From contig CAWKBC010000030.1 in assembly GCA_963847705.1 (NCBI GenBank), positions 160,001 through 224,000 of the forward strand: a stretch of DNA of 64,000 nt. The letters run 5' to 3'. The notes beneath the pieces were generated by a model. That model ran no database searches, had not been told where the DNA came from, and was given only the letters and a program-made list of their open reading frames with translations. Positions within the stretch are counted from its first letter, which is position 1; every line of letters begins with the position of its first letter. The translations under genes and the position numbers were made by a program. Source of the stretch: an uncultured Pseudomonadota bacterium (GTDB lineage: Bacteria; Myxococcota_A; Polyangia; Fen-1088). This document shows positions 42,274 through 52,406 of the stretch, piece by piece.

Positions 42274-43341
42274 ATGAAGACCAATCCCCGACCCGAGCGG
42301 CAGCAGCGGCTTTTGACGCCGCGCCAGATCTTCACCTATCTGGATCGCTACGTGGTCGGGCAGGAGCGTGCCAAGCGCACCATCGCCATCGCCGCCTACA
42401 ATCACTTGAAGCGCTGCGCCCAGCCGACGCCGGCCGGCAAACGCCTGATCAAGAAGTCGAATGTTCTCTTGCTGGGGCCGACGGGGTCGGGCAAGACCCA
42501 CCTCGCGCGGACGCTGGCGCAGTGTCTTGACGTTCCGTTTACCGTCGCCGACGCCACCGAGTACACCGAGGCCGGTTACTACGGGAAGGACGTCGAGGTG
42601 ATGGTGGGCGAGCTCTTGCACAAGGCCGACCAGGACGTGGAACTGGCGCAGCGCGGGATCGTCTTCATCGACGAGATCGACAAGATCGCCCGCCGCAGCC
42701 AGGGGGCGCGCACCGGCGCCGGCACGCGCGACATCGGCGGCGAGGGGGTTCAGCAGGCGCTGCTGAAGGTGCTCGAGGGGCGCGAGATCTTCGCGCCGCT
42801 CAACGTGACCCAGCACTGGAACAAGCACGACTTCGTGGTCCTCGACACCCAGGACGTCCTCTTCATCGCGGCGGGGACATTTTCGGACCTCCGGCTCACC
42901 GACCTGAGCAAGCCGGTCGGCTTCGGCGCCGGTGGCGGCGCCGGCGGGGCGGAGCCGAAGAGCCGGCGCGTGACCGAAAAGGAGCTGGTCGACTACGGCC
43001 TGATGGCCGAATTTCTGGGGCGCATTCCGGTGCGGGTCGAGCTCGACCCGCTCTCCGAGAACGATCTCTTCTTGGTGATGACCGGGCCGCCCGACGCGGT
43101 GGTGCGCGAGTACCAGGCGCTGTTGAAGATCGACGGGGTCGACCTGCAGTTCACCGACGGCGCCCTGCGCCTGGTCGCCCAGCACTGCATCCAGCGCCAA
43201 ACCGGCGCCCGCAGCCTGCGGACGATCGTGGAAGGGATCTGCCACGACATCATGTTCGACGCCCCCGAGCGCAAGGGGGAGACGATCACGCTCGACGCCG
43301 ATTTCGTCGCCGAACGGCTGGAGCACGACGCCGCCATATGA
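42274..43341 (+). CDS. ClpX-like AAA+ ATPase lacking the N-terminal zinc-binding domain
   Basis: KSNVLLLGPTGSGKT, EAGYYGKDVE, IDEIDKI, GEGVQQALLK, VGF loop. Confidence 0.9.
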   Translation: MKTNPRPERQQRLLTPRQIFTYLDRYVVGQERAKRTIAIAAYNHLKRCAQPTPAGKRLIKKSNVLLLGPTGSGKTHLARTLAQCLDVPFTVADATEYTEAGYYGKDVEVMVGELLHKADQDVELAQRGIVFIDEIDKIARRSQGARTGAGTRDIGGEGVQQALLKVLEGREIFAPLNVTQHWNKHDFVVLDTQDVLFIAAGTFSDLRLTDLSKPVGFGAGGGAGGAEPKSRRVTEKELVDYGLMAEFLGRIPVRVELDPLSENDLFLVMTGPPDAVVREYQALLKIDGVDLQFTDGALRLVAQHCIQRQTGARSLRTIVEGICHDIMFDAPERKGETITLDADFVAERLEHDAAI

Positions 43342-44222
43342 AGATCTCCCGACTGTTCGACGACCCCGGCCGCAAGCTCTTCTCCTTCGAGCTGTTTCCG
43401 CCCAAGACTGACGCCGGCCAGCTGGCGCTGGAGCGGACCATCCGGGATCTCGCCGAGCTCTCGCCGGCTTTTGTTTCAGTGACGTACGGTGCGGGGGGGT
43501 CCACGCGCGCCAAGACGCTGGAGCTGGTGCGGTGGATCGAGCGCGAGACGCGCCTCTGCGCGATGGCCCACCTCACCTGCGTCGGCGCCACCGAACAGGA
43601 GATCGCCGGCGTGCTCGACACGCTGGTCGAGGCCGGCATCGAGAACGTGATGGCGCTGCGGGGCGATCCGCCCGCCGGGCAGGCCCGGTTCGAGCGGACG
43701 GCCGGCGGCTTCGGCTTCGCCGCCGATCTGGTCGCCTTCATCCGCAAGCGCTACGGGAGCAAGCTCTGCCTGGGCGGCGCCGGCAACCCCGAAGGGCACC
43801 TGGAGTGCCGCGACATCGATCAGGACATCCTCCACCTGAAGGCCAAGGTCGACGCCGGGCTCGACTTCGTGGTGACCCAGCTCTTCTTCGACAACCGGTT
43901 CTATTTCGATTTCGTGGCCCGCGCGCGGGCCGCCGGCATCAAGGTGCCGATCATTCCCGGCCTGATGCCGATCCGGACCTTCGCCGGGATCGAACGGATG
44001 ACCAAGCTGTCGGGCGCCAGCATCCCGCCGGCGTTGCAGGCGGAGCTCGAACGCTGCCGCAACGACGAGGCGGCGACCCTCTCGCTCGGCATCGCGCAGA
44101 CGACCGCCCAGGCCGTCGAGCTGCTCCACGGCGGCGCGCCGGGGATCCACTTCTACACGCTGAACCAGTCCCCCGCGACGCGGGTGATCCTGACCGCGCT
44201 CAAGACCGCCAGGCTGGCGTAG
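43338..44222 (+). CDS. metF: 5,10-methylenetetrahydrofolate reductase
   Basis: SFELFPPK, SVTYGAGGS, ALRGDPP, TQLFFDN, HFYTLN. Confidence 0.96.
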   Translation: MKISRLFDDPGRKLFSFELFPPKTDAGQLALERTIRDLAELSPAFVSVTYGAGGSTRAKTLELVRWIERETRLCAMAHLTCVGATEQEIAGVLDTLVEAGIENVMALRGDPPAGQARFERTAGGFGFAADLVAFIRKRYGSKLCLGGAGNPEGHLECRDIDQDILHLKAKVDAGLDFVVTQLFFDNRFYFDFVARARAAGIKVPIIPGLMPIRTFAGIERMTKLSGASIPPALQAELERCRNDEAATLSLGIAQTTAQAVELLHGGAPGIHFYTLNQSPATRVILTALKTARLA

Positions 44223-44272
44223 TCGTCCAGGCCGGCGGAGAACGCACGTCGTTCTGTCTCCGCGCGCGCCCC

Positions 44273-44728
44273 TCAGTCGTGGGCCAGCAGGACCAGCCAG
44301 GCGACCAGGAAGATCACCGGGACCAGGAGGGGCGCCGCCAGCCCGGCGACGCGCGCGATCGGGCCGGCGTCGAGCGCGCGCACGCGGGCCTCGGTGGCCG
44401 AGAGCAACAGGTTGCGCAGACGGGCCAGGGCAAACAGGCCGCCCACGATGGTCACCACCAGCAGGAGCAGCGAGAGCAAGCTGAGCCAGGGAATGACGGC
44501 GACGAGCAGCTGCGAACGCGTGCCGCCCCTGGGCGACGTTGCGTCGGCGTGTCCGTTGACGGCGACGGCATAGGCCGAGAAGAGAAAGGCTTGCGAGGCC
44601 ATCACCCAGGCGGTTCGCTGTCCCAGAAGGTCGGTCTCGCGATCGATCTGCATCCGGAGCTCCAGCTGAAAGGCCGGGTCGCTCGTCAGGTCCCGGACGG
44701 CCGCGAGCTCTGTGGATGACGTCGACAA
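44273..44728 (-). CDS. Hypothetical 3-TM membrane protein
   Basis: ETDLLGQRTAW..SQAFLFSAY plus hydrophobic helices; start uncertain. Confidence 0.65.
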   Translation of the reverse strand: MSTSSTELAAVRDLTSDPAFQLELRMQIDRETDLLGQRTAWVMASQAFLFSAYAVAVNGHADATSPRGGTRSQLLVAVIPWLSLLSLLLLVVTIVGGLFALARLRNLLLSATEARVRALDAGPIARVAGLAAPLLVPVIFLVAWLVLLAHD

Positions 44729-44741
44729 CTCGGCTCCAGGG

Positions 44742-45191
44742 CTAGCGTTCGATCTCGACCCGATCGGGGAGCTCGTTGTCGCCCAGCGGATCGGGCGGAA
44801 AATGCTCTGCCAGCCTGTCGCCGATGGTGTCGACGGCGTGCAGGAGGCCGGCGGTCAGATCGCCGCCGCGGAAGTCCGCCCGCAGGGCATCCGAGATCTG
44901 GCCCCAGAACGCGTCACTCACGCGCTCGTGAATCCCGCTGTCGCCGATCACCGCGAACTGGCGCAGCCTGGGGGCGACGAACAGGAGCACGCCGTTGCGC
45001 CGGCGGGTCTCGCGCATGCGCAGGCGCGCGAACGCCGCGTCGGCGGCGCGGCGGACGCTCCCCCAGAAATAGAACCGGGCCACGGCGACCCGGATCTGCC
45101 CCGACGTGCGCCGCTCGGCCGATCGGATCGCCGCTTCGATGCGGTCGAGGTCGATGCCCTGGACGACCCTCCGCTCCGCCTCCGTCACCAC
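44742..45191 (-). CDS. TPM domain protein
   Basis: AERRTSGQIRV, RNGVLLFV, GDSGIH, NELPD. Confidence 0.88.
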   Translation of the reverse strand: MVTEAERRVVQGIDLDRIEAAIRSAERRTSGQIRVAVARFYFWGSVRRAADAAFARLRMRETRRRNGVLLFVAPRLRQFAVIGDSGIHERVSDAFWGQISDALRADFRGGDLTAGLLHAVDTIGDRLAEHFPPDPLGDNELPDRVEIER

Positions 45192-45949
45192 GATCCCGAG
45201 GCGCCTCCGCCGCCGGAGCTGCCGCCGCCGCCCGAAAACCCACCGCCCCCGCCAAAGCCGCCGCCCCCGCCAAAGCCGCCGCCTCCCCAGCCACCGCCGC
45301 GCCTCCCGGAGCTGGCCAGCATCAGCGCCGCCAGCGCTGGATGCGTGATGATGAAGCCGCCCGCCAGCAGGATCAGAATGACGACGGCCACCGAGACCCA
45401 GGCCGGCGTCTTGTGGGCTGCCGGCTGGGCGCCGCCCGCTCCGCCGATCGTCTGGATCAGCCGGTCGACGCCGGTCCGAACGGCGCCGTCGGCGTCGCCG
45501 GCGCGGATCCGGGGCACCATGTCGTCGTTGATGATCCGGGAAGCGAGCAGGTCGGGGACGCGATCCTCGAGGCCGTAACCCACCTCCATCCGCAGGCGAT
45601 GGTCATCCTTGAAGATGAACAGCACCAGGCCGTCGTCGATCCCCTTGCGGCCGACCTTCCAGCGCTCGAACGCCTTGACTGCCCAGTCCTCGATGGGGAC
45701 GCCGCCGGTCGTGTGATCGATGTAGACGAGCAGCTGGTGGCCGCTCTCCTGGGCATAGCCGGCCAGCCGTTGGTCGAGCTCCGAGACCGCCGCGGGCGAC
45801 AAAAAGGCCGCCCGATCGGTCACCCACTCGGTGGGAGCCGCCGGGATCGGCGTCTCGGCACGCGCGGCGGCCCCGGCCAGAAGCGCCGCCAGCACGACGG
45901 CGGGCGCGACCAACCCGACGAAGCGACGACCGCTGACCGGCGCGCGCAT
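45185..45949 (-). CDS. TPM domain (YgcG-like) protein with Gly-rich tail
   Basis: WKVGRKGIDDG, RMEVGYGLE, GGGSSGGGGASGSW. Confidence 0.9.
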   Translation of the reverse strand: MRAPVSGRRFVGLVAPAVVLAALLAGAAARAETPIPAAPTEWVTDRAAFLSPAAVSELDQRLAGYAQESGHQLLVYIDHTTGGVPIEDWAVKAFERWKVGRKGIDDGLVLFIFKDDHRLRMEVGYGLEDRVPDLLASRIINDDMVPRIRAGDADGAVRTGVDRLIQTIGGAGGAQPAAHKTPAWVSVAVVILILLAGGFIITHPALAALMLASSGRRGGGWGGGGFGGGGGFGGGGGFSGGGGSSGGGGASGSW

Positions 45950-45957
45950 GGGACGCC

Positions 45958-46557
45958 TCAGAACTGAACGTGCGGCGCCGTCGCCGCGCCGGCCTGCGCC
46001 TGGAAGTAGGCCTTCTGCGGGAACTTGCTGCCGAAGACGCTGGCGATCAGCACCGTGGGAAAGCGGTTGCGGGCCGTGTTGTAGGCCTGCGCGGTCTCGT
46101 TGAACCGCATGCGCTCGACCGCGATCCGGTTCTCGGTCCCCTCCAGCTGCACCTGAAGATCTCGGAAGGCCTGGGTCGCCTTGAGGTCCGGATACTTCTC
46201 CGAGACGACCAGCAACCGGGAGAGCGCCGACGACAGGCCGTCCTGCGCCTGCTGAAACCGCTTCAGCGCCTCGGGATCGTTCGCGATCTTCTCGGTGGCC
46301 TGCGCGGAGACCTGGCCGACCTGCGCCCGGGCCTGCGTCACCGCCGTGAAGGTGTCCTTCTCGAACTTGGCGGCGCCCTTCACCGTCTCGACGAGGTTGG
46401 GGACCAGGTCGGCGCGGCGCTGGTAGGCGTTCTCCACCTGAGCCCACTGCGCGTCGACCGCTTGATCGAGGCCGACCAGCTTGTTGTAGCCGCCCACGCA
46501 CGACAGCCCGAGGATCGCCACCAGTCCGAGGCCGGCGATGACGCCGATTTTTCCCAT
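45958..46557 (-). CDS. lemA: LemA family protein
   Basis: YQRRADLVPNLVETVKG, EKYPDLKA, LEGTENRI. Confidence 0.95.
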   Translation of the reverse strand: MGKIGVIAGLGLVAILGLSCVGGYNKLVGLDQAVDAQWAQVENAYQRRADLVPNLVETVKGAAKFEKDTFTAVTQARAQVGQVSAQATEKIANDPEALKRFQQAQDGLSSALSRLLVVSEKYPDLKATQAFRDLQVQLEGTENRIAVERMRFNETAQAYNTARNRFPTVLIASVFGSKFPQKAYFQAQAGAATAPHVQF

Positions 46558-46632
46558 GGTGCCATGATGGTAGGCACCGGACCCGACCGGACAACCGGGA
46601 AAGCGCCGCCAGGCGGCGATTCCGACGCCAGA

Positions 46633-46821
46633 CTAATTCAGGCGCTGGTCGCGGCGGCGCGGGGGCTCGTCGCCCAGCTCGAAGCCGCGGTCGCCGAACA
46701 GCTCGCCGACCAGGTCGGCGTCCATGGCCCGCCGCTGGTGCCAGGAGCCGACCACGTATCCGGCCACGGCGCAGGCCCCACCTGCCACGACGAAGAGTGC
46801 GCTTACCAGGCCGTTCAACAT
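46633..46821 (-). CDS. Small single-TM hypothetical protein (62 aa)
   Basis: MLNGLVSALFVVAGGACAVAGYVVGSW; GGGGG RBS-like. Confidence 0.5.
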   Translation of the reverse strand: MLNGLVSALFVVAGGACAVAGYVVGSWHQRRAMDADLVGELFGDRGFELGDEPPRRRDQRLN

Positions 46822-47027
46822 GTATCCCCCTGTGATTGAAATCGGAGGGGCAGGGCGAATACTTGAATGAAGCGCGTCAGTTTGTCGCCCCGGCCGAGGG
46901 CCTTTGTGCAGCTTATCCACGGTCGGCGTTCGTAATTCCACAGTGGCCCCCCGGATCGGTCCAACTTCCGACGCCTCGGGCACCCCGGACACCCCCGGGG
47001 CGCGCCGGAATTGCGGCGGCTCGACCG

Positions 47028-47043
47028 TGGCACGTCGACTGCA
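47028..47043 (+). promoter_or_regulatory. sigma54 promoter upstream of the small peptide/MMPL genes
   Basis: TGGCACG-TCGA-CTGCA. Confidence 0.65.
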
Positions 47044-47055
47044 ATGGGGCATCGC

Positions 47056-47193
47056 ATGCGTCGTTTCTTGATGAATCTCCTTCCCTCGCTGGTCACGTTC
47101 GCCCCGTCGCTGTTCGTCGTGGCGCTCATGATCCTGGCGCTCGCCAACAACCTGTCGGGCCTGGCCCGCGTGCGGATCCCCCATGCGGGCTGA
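47056..47193 (+). CDS. Small hydrophobic peptide overlapping the MMPL start
   Basis: MRRFLMNLLPSLVTFAPSLFVVALMILALANNLSG; single TM. Confidence 0.4.
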   Translation: MRRFLMNLLPSLVTFAPSLFVVALMILALANNLSGLARVRIPHAG

Positions 47194-49738
47194 AGCGCGC
47201 GGGTCGGGGACGGCGAAGGCCGGTCTGGGGCTGCGCTGGGCGCGCTGGACCACCCGCCGGCGCTGGGCGATCCTGGCCGCGGCGACGGTCGTGGCGGCCG
47301 TCGCGGGGCCGGTCGCCGCCAGGTTGCCGCTCTTCGGCGACCTGGCGTACCTGCTGCCACCGGCGACGCCATCGGTCCGCGACCTCCACGCGCTCGAGTC
47401 CCGGGCGCAGGTGTTCGGGACGATCATCGTCGCGGTCGAGTCGGACGACCCTGGGCGGCGTCTGGCCGCGGCGCAGCTGGTGCGCGAGCGCCTGCGGGCC
47501 TTGCCGTCCAGCATGCTCCTCGGCGTCGACTATGACAGCGGCACGCGGGACCGGTACGCCTGGGCGCACCGCTACCTGCTGGCGCCGACCGACGAGCTCA
47601 CCGGCGTGCGTGACGAGCTGGCGGCGCGCAAGGCGCGTCTCAATCCACTTTACGTGTCGCTCGACGACGACGCGGGCGACGCAGCGAAGGCGGAGGCGCG
47701 ACCGATCGGCGAGCGTCTGCGGGCGCTCAAGCAGCAGATGGACGCGGCCAAGGCGGGGGCCGACAATCCGGCGCCGATCCTCTCCAAGGATGCCCGCCTC
47801 CAGCTGGTGGTGGCGCGGACGCGCTTCCCGGCCGACGAGGTCTCGCGCAACGTCGCGGCGTTCCAGGCGGCCGAGCGCGCCGCTTCCGAGGCGCGCCTGC
47901 TGGGCGGTCCGACCGTCCGCATCGGGATCACCGGCGACGTCGCCAACGCCGCCCAGGAGCACCAGGCGCTGCTGGGCGGGATGGTGCGCGCGACCATCTT
48001 CACCACCGCGATCGTGGCGCTGGGCCTGCTGCTGTTCTTCGGCGCGGCGGCGCCGGTGGTGGCGCTCCTGGGCGTGCTGACGGTCGGGGCGCTGGTGACC
48101 TTCGCCTTCGCGTTCCTCAGCATCGGCCACCTCAACCTGGCGACGGCGTTCCTGGCGCCCATCGTGGTCGGCAACGGGATCAACTTCGGGATCATCCTGC
48201 TGGCGCGCTATTTCGAGGAGCGCAAGCGCCAGCAGGGCAACGGAACCGACGATCCGACGGCCGCGCTCGGAGCGGCGGTGCAGGGGAGCTTCGGCGGGAC
48301 GCTGGCCGCGGCGCTGACGGCGTCGGTCTCTTACGCCTCGCTGCTCTGCACGCAGTTCCGCGGCTTCCGGCACTTCGGGGTGATCGGCGGCGTGGGAATC
48401 CTCTGCTGCTGGGCGGCCACGTTCGTGATTCTTCCGGCCGCGCTGGCGGTCTTGGCGCGGCACGGCCTGGGCAACGGCCGATCGCCGGCACGGTTGGGGC
48501 GTCGGTTGGCGGCGTTGGTTCCGCGCCGGTGGCCGCTCGTCGTCGGGATGACGGCGCTGGTGCTGGTGGGCTCGGCCGCCGGCGCCGTGCGCTACCTGGC
48601 CAGCCGGCCGTTCGAGGGGGACTTCAACAACCTCCGCTCGAGCGGCGCGACGATGCGCGAGACGCTGCGCTGGAACGACGAGATCGATCGGGCCTTCGGC
48701 CGCGGGATCTCCGGCGGCACGGTGATCGCGCTGCCGACGCGTGAACGAGCGCGCGAGGTGGCCGAGCGGCTGCGCGCCGCCGACGCTGGCAAGCCGGACA
48801 AGCAGCGCTTGTTCTCACACGTGACCACGCTCGACGATCTGGTGCCGCCCGATCAGGACGACAAGCTGGCGGTGCTGGCCGACATTCACCGGCTGCTCAC
48901 CAAGGCGACGCTGGCGTCGATGAGCGACGCCGATCAACAGATCGCCCGCGAGCTCGATCCCCCGGCCAAGATCGCGCGCATCGCCGACGCCGACGTCCCG
49001 CTGGAGCTGGGCTGGCCCTTCACCGAGCAGGACGGCACGCACGGGCGGCTGCTGGTGGCCAAGACGGGGGCGGGCTTCGACCTGTGGCGCAGCAACGATC
49101 TCGAACGCTTCGTCACCACCTTCCGGGCGCTGGGCCTGGGCTCCGACCTGGTCGTGGGCGGAAACGCTTTCGTGCAGCACGACATCGTGGGCTCGGTCGA
49201 TCACGACGGCCCGCGGGCGACCATCGTGGCGGGGCTGGGCGCGGTGCTGGTGGTGCTGGCGATCCTGGGATTGACCCGCCAGGCGGCGGTCACCATCGGC
49301 TGCGGCGCCGTCGGCGTCTTCTTGCTGCTGACGGCCGCCGGCCTGTTCGGCATCCGGATCAACTTCCTCGATTTCGTGGCGCTGCCGATCACCATCGGCA
49401 TCGGGATCGACTACGCCGTCAACGTCGCCGCCCGCCACCGCTCGGAGGGAGCGGGCTCAGCGACGCGCATCCTGAAGGCCACCGGTCCGGCGGTGGCGCT
49501 CTGCTCGTTCACGACGGTGGTGGGCTACGCGTCGCTCCTCTTTTCCGAGAACCAGGGGATCCGATCGTTCGGCCTGTCGGCTCTGATCGGCGAGCTGACC
49601 TGCGTCTTCGCCGCGCTCATCCTGGCCCCGGCGCTGCTCGACCTACGCTTCTCCAGACTCCGCGCCACGCGCCCCGTGCCGCGGCCGAGTCTCCACGACG
49701 TGGCGACCGAATCGTCTCTGGAAACGCTGCGCGCGTAA
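47183..49738 (+). CDS. MMPL/RND family transporter
   Basis: Two repeats with GNGINFGI and GIGIDYAV motifs; large periplasmic loops. Confidence 0.9.
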   Translation: MRAEARGSGTAKAGLGLRWARWTTRRRWAILAAATVVAAVAGPVAARLPLFGDLAYLLPPATPSVRDLHALESRAQVFGTIIVAVESDDPGRRLAAAQLVRERLRALPSSMLLGVDYDSGTRDRYAWAHRYLLAPTDELTGVRDELAARKARLNPLYVSLDDDAGDAAKAEARPIGERLRALKQQMDAAKAGADNPAPILSKDARLQLVVARTRFPADEVSRNVAAFQAAERAASEARLLGGPTVRIGITGDVANAAQEHQALLGGMVRATIFTTAIVALGLLLFFGAAAPVVALLGVLTVGALVTFAFAFLSIGHLNLATAFLAPIVVGNGINFGIILLARYFEERKRQQGNGTDDPTAALGAAVQGSFGGTLAAALTASVSYASLLCTQFRGFRHFGVIGGVGILCCWAATFVILPAALAVLARHGLGNGRSPARLGRRLAALVPRRWPLVVGMTALVLVGSAAGAVRYLASRPFEGDFNNLRSSGATMRETLRWNDEIDRAFGRGISGGTVIALPTRERAREVAERLRAADAGKPDKQRLFSHVTTLDDLVPPDQDDKLAVLADIHRLLTKATLASMSDADQQIARELDPPAKIARIADADVPLELGWPFTEQDGTHGRLLVAKTGAGFDLWRSNDLERFVTTFRALGLGSDLVVGGNAFVQHDIVGSVDHDGPRATIVAGLGAVLVVLAILGLTRQAAVTIGCGAVGVFLLLTAAGLFGIRINFLDFVALPITIGIGIDYAVNVAARHRSEGAGSATRILKATGPAVALCSFTTVVGYASLLFSENQGIRSFGLSALIGELTCVFAALILAPALLDLRFSRLRATRPVPRPSLHDVATESSLETLRA

Positions 49739-49954
49739 GTGCAACGCTCTGGTTGTGTCAGCGGGCAGTCGCTCGCCCTCGAAGTGGCGTCCAAGCTCGG
49801 CGGCATCTATCGGCCTCGTGAATGACCGTGGCGCCGGCCAACCGCGCGTGCGGCGGACCGGGTTGCGCCCGGCCGCTGAACGCGAGATCGTCGTTCGGCA
49901 GACGAAAAAGCCGATGGCCGCGGGTGCGCCGGGCTACGTCGTGATGATGGCGCC

Positions 49955-50518
49955 ATGATGACGCGGAGCCTGCAGTGCGTGGTGGTTGTGGCGATCCTGG
50001 CGGGATGCTCCTCGCCGCTGCTGACGCTCAATCGGACCGCCCTCCGGATGACGACTCCAAGGACGGTGTCGGCACCTCAGTTGGCTGGACCGACCTGTGG
50101 GGGGCTCGGACTGAATTACAGTTCGCGCGTCTGCAGTCGCGACGCTTTGCAAGCGGGGGTTCAGGATCCAGCCACCATGATCCGAGCAGCGGTGGTCGAA
50201 GCGCTTGCCAAGCGCTTCTCGCTGGAGGTGGTCGAAAAGGGTTCGCCGGACCTCGTGCTGGAGATCGAAACCACCTACTGGGGCGTCGTGTATACCGGCG
50301 GCCAGTACAGAAGGGGGACCTTCGTGCTGTACTACGATGGATCGCTGAGGTTGACCGACAAGAGAACCAACAAGGTCTTGGCCGAGGGGAATTGCGTCAG
50401 CCACCCCGTCGATGGCTCTGAGTCATACCCACACGGGGAAGCCTTCAATGAGGTGATCGCGAGCGCCGTCGAGTACTGTACCGACGATTACCGGCACCGG
50501 TTGCTCGGCCTCTTCTGA
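49955..50518 (+). CDS. Hypothetical lipoprotein
   Basis: Lipobox LAGC. Confidence 0.65.
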   Translation: MMTRSLQCVVVVAILAGCSSPLLTLNRTALRMTTPRTVSAPQLAGPTCGGLGLNYSSRVCSRDALQAGVQDPATMIRAAVVEALAKRFSLEVVEKGSPDLVLEIETTYWGVVYTGGQYRRGTFVLYYDGSLRLTDKRTNKVLAEGNCVSHPVDGSESYPHGEAFNEVIASAVEYCTDDYRHRLLGLF

Positions 50519-50653
50519 TCCTGGCGCCGGCCGCGCACGCGTCGGCAGGATGACGAACGTGTCACGCTTCCGCTCTCTGTTCCGTTTCGGGTGGGCTGAT
50601 CCGTTACGACCCTTCACCGATCCACCCAGCTGCTGAGATACAGTGCGCTCAGG

Positions 50654-51196
50654 ATGGGCATGCGACCCGAAGCCCCGCTGATCCGACATCGCGCGATTCT
50701 GCTCCTCGCTGCGGGCATCAGCGTTGGCGCCTGCAATGGCACGCAACCGACGCCCGGGCTCCGACCCGGCGAGTCGGCGACCTGTGCCGCGACGCTCTCG
50801 GGCGCGCGGGCGGGTGGGTTCGACTGCCAGCCGGCGACGACCGAGATCGCCAACGACCGAGCCTTCTTCGACTTCGAGGCTCTCTCCCCTGCGGACGGTG
50901 GCAACGCTCTGGCGCTCACGGCGATCATCTATTTCGTCGGTGGACCCGTCCCGGCGAGCTACACGCAGGCCAGCCCGGACGGCGATCTCGGCGGTCTCGT
51001 GGTCACCGACGCCGAGGGCGGTTGGAGCACCTCGCCCGAGGGTGGCTCCTATCAGCTGACGTTCGCGAGCTTCTCCAACCCGGTCACCTATCCGGACGGA
51101 ACGCTGTACGACGCCGAGGGCACCCTCGACGCGACGTTGGTCCCCGTGGCCGGCTCGACAGTAACGGGAGTCGTGACGCTCCACGCGACATTCTGA
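50654..51196 (+). CDS. Hypothetical lipoprotein (beta-rich)
   Basis: Lipobox VGAC. Confidence 0.6.
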   Translation: MGMRPEAPLIRHRAILLLAAGISVGACNGTQPTPGLRPGESATCAATLSGARAGGFDCQPATTEIANDRAFFDFEALSPADGGNALALTAIIYFVGGPVPASYTQASPDGDLGGLVVTDAEGGWSTSPEGGSYQLTFASFSNPVTYPDGTLYDAEGTLDATLVPVAGSTVTGVVTLHATF

Positions 51197-51282
51197 GCGG
51201 CATCAGAGGCACCTTCGCCTCGTTCATCACCTGTCCCTCCCGGCAGGACAGTATGCGCGAGTCCCGCGACGAGGAACCTCCC

Positions 51283-52391
51283 CTACCGATAGGCGACCAG
51301 GCGCGCGACGAACAGCAGGCCGCCGCCGATGGCGATGGCGAGGCTCAGCGCCTTGACGCCGCGGTCGCCGAACCACGCTGCGTTGCGGGCGACGAGCACC
51401 AGCGGGAGCGCGATCGAGAGGACGGCGAGCTGGCCGAGCTCGACGCCCAGATTGAAGGAGACCAGGGCGATCGGCACCTGCGCGCGCGGCAGCGCGATCT
51501 CGCGCAGCGCGCCGGCGAAGCCGAAACCGTGGATGAGGCCGAAGGGGAAGGTGATCCGCCAGCGCTTGCTGGCGTCGGTGACGAAGAGGTTCTCGATGCC
51601 GACGTAGGCGATGGAGAGGGCGATCGCCGGCTCGACCAGGCGGGGGCTGGGGGCGAAGATCGAGAACGCGGCGAGTGCCAGGGTGATCGAGTGCGCCAGC
51701 GTGAAGGCGCTCACCACGCCCACCAGCGAGCGCAGGCTGCCGCCCACCAGGATGAGGCCCAGCAAGAAGACCAGGTGATCCGCCCCGGTGAGGATGTGCT
51801 CGATGCCGAGCTTCAGCATCGACCAGGCCATGCCGAGCCCGCTCGACGTCGAGCCCCCCCGCCGAGATCCCAGGTGGCGTGCGTCCGATCGAGGACCTTG
51901 ACCTGCGCCTTGCCGGCGCGGAAGAGGCGCGCCATGTGGCGATGCCCGGGCGCCAGCGCCTCGAGCATCGGCATCGCCAGCGTGAGCCGACCGGGAGCCT
52001 GGGGGCAGACGTAGCGGACCTGGAAGACCACGCCCCCTTCACCCTCGAGCGCCCACGCGCGGTCCAGCGTTCCGGGGCAGGCCTTGCCGTCGCCCTGCAC
52101 CGTCAGGCCCGCGGTGAACGCGCGCGCGACCGCCTGGTGGCCGGCGGTCAGCTCGTCGGTGCTGATCGCGCCGTCGTGATCGGTGTCGATCGCCGGCAGC
52201 AGGCGGGCCAGCTCCCGACCGGCCATCCCGAGATCGCCGTAGACCGTCGTGCCGACCAGGCGGTACTCGCCGCTGGAGACACCGACCGCGTGGGCGAGCG
52301 CGCGGCGCTCGGGCGCGAACACCGCCAGGGCGATCGCGGCCGCCAGCAGGATCCCGGCGCCGCGGAGCGCTCTGCCTCTGAGCCTCGTCAT
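51283..52391 (-). pseudogene. HupE/UreJ family protein split by a 1-nt frameshift in a G7 run (or a sequencing error)
   Basis: N-part ALAH signal; C-part GIEHILTGADHL, FTLAHS, FGLIHGFGFA, FNLGVELGQ; frames join if C7 at 51854-51860 is C8. Confidence 0.8.
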
Positions 52392-52406
52392 CGCGCCGCC
52401 CCCATC

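Noticed and set aside
45950-46594. LemA-TPM fusion (469-aa ORF)
   Set aside because: The upstream part is an off-frame reading of lemA; the TPM gene starts at 45949
46900-46945. DnaA boxes / oriC
   Set aside because: Only one near-match (TTATCCACG) and weak others; no dnaA/dnaN context or AT-rich unwinding element
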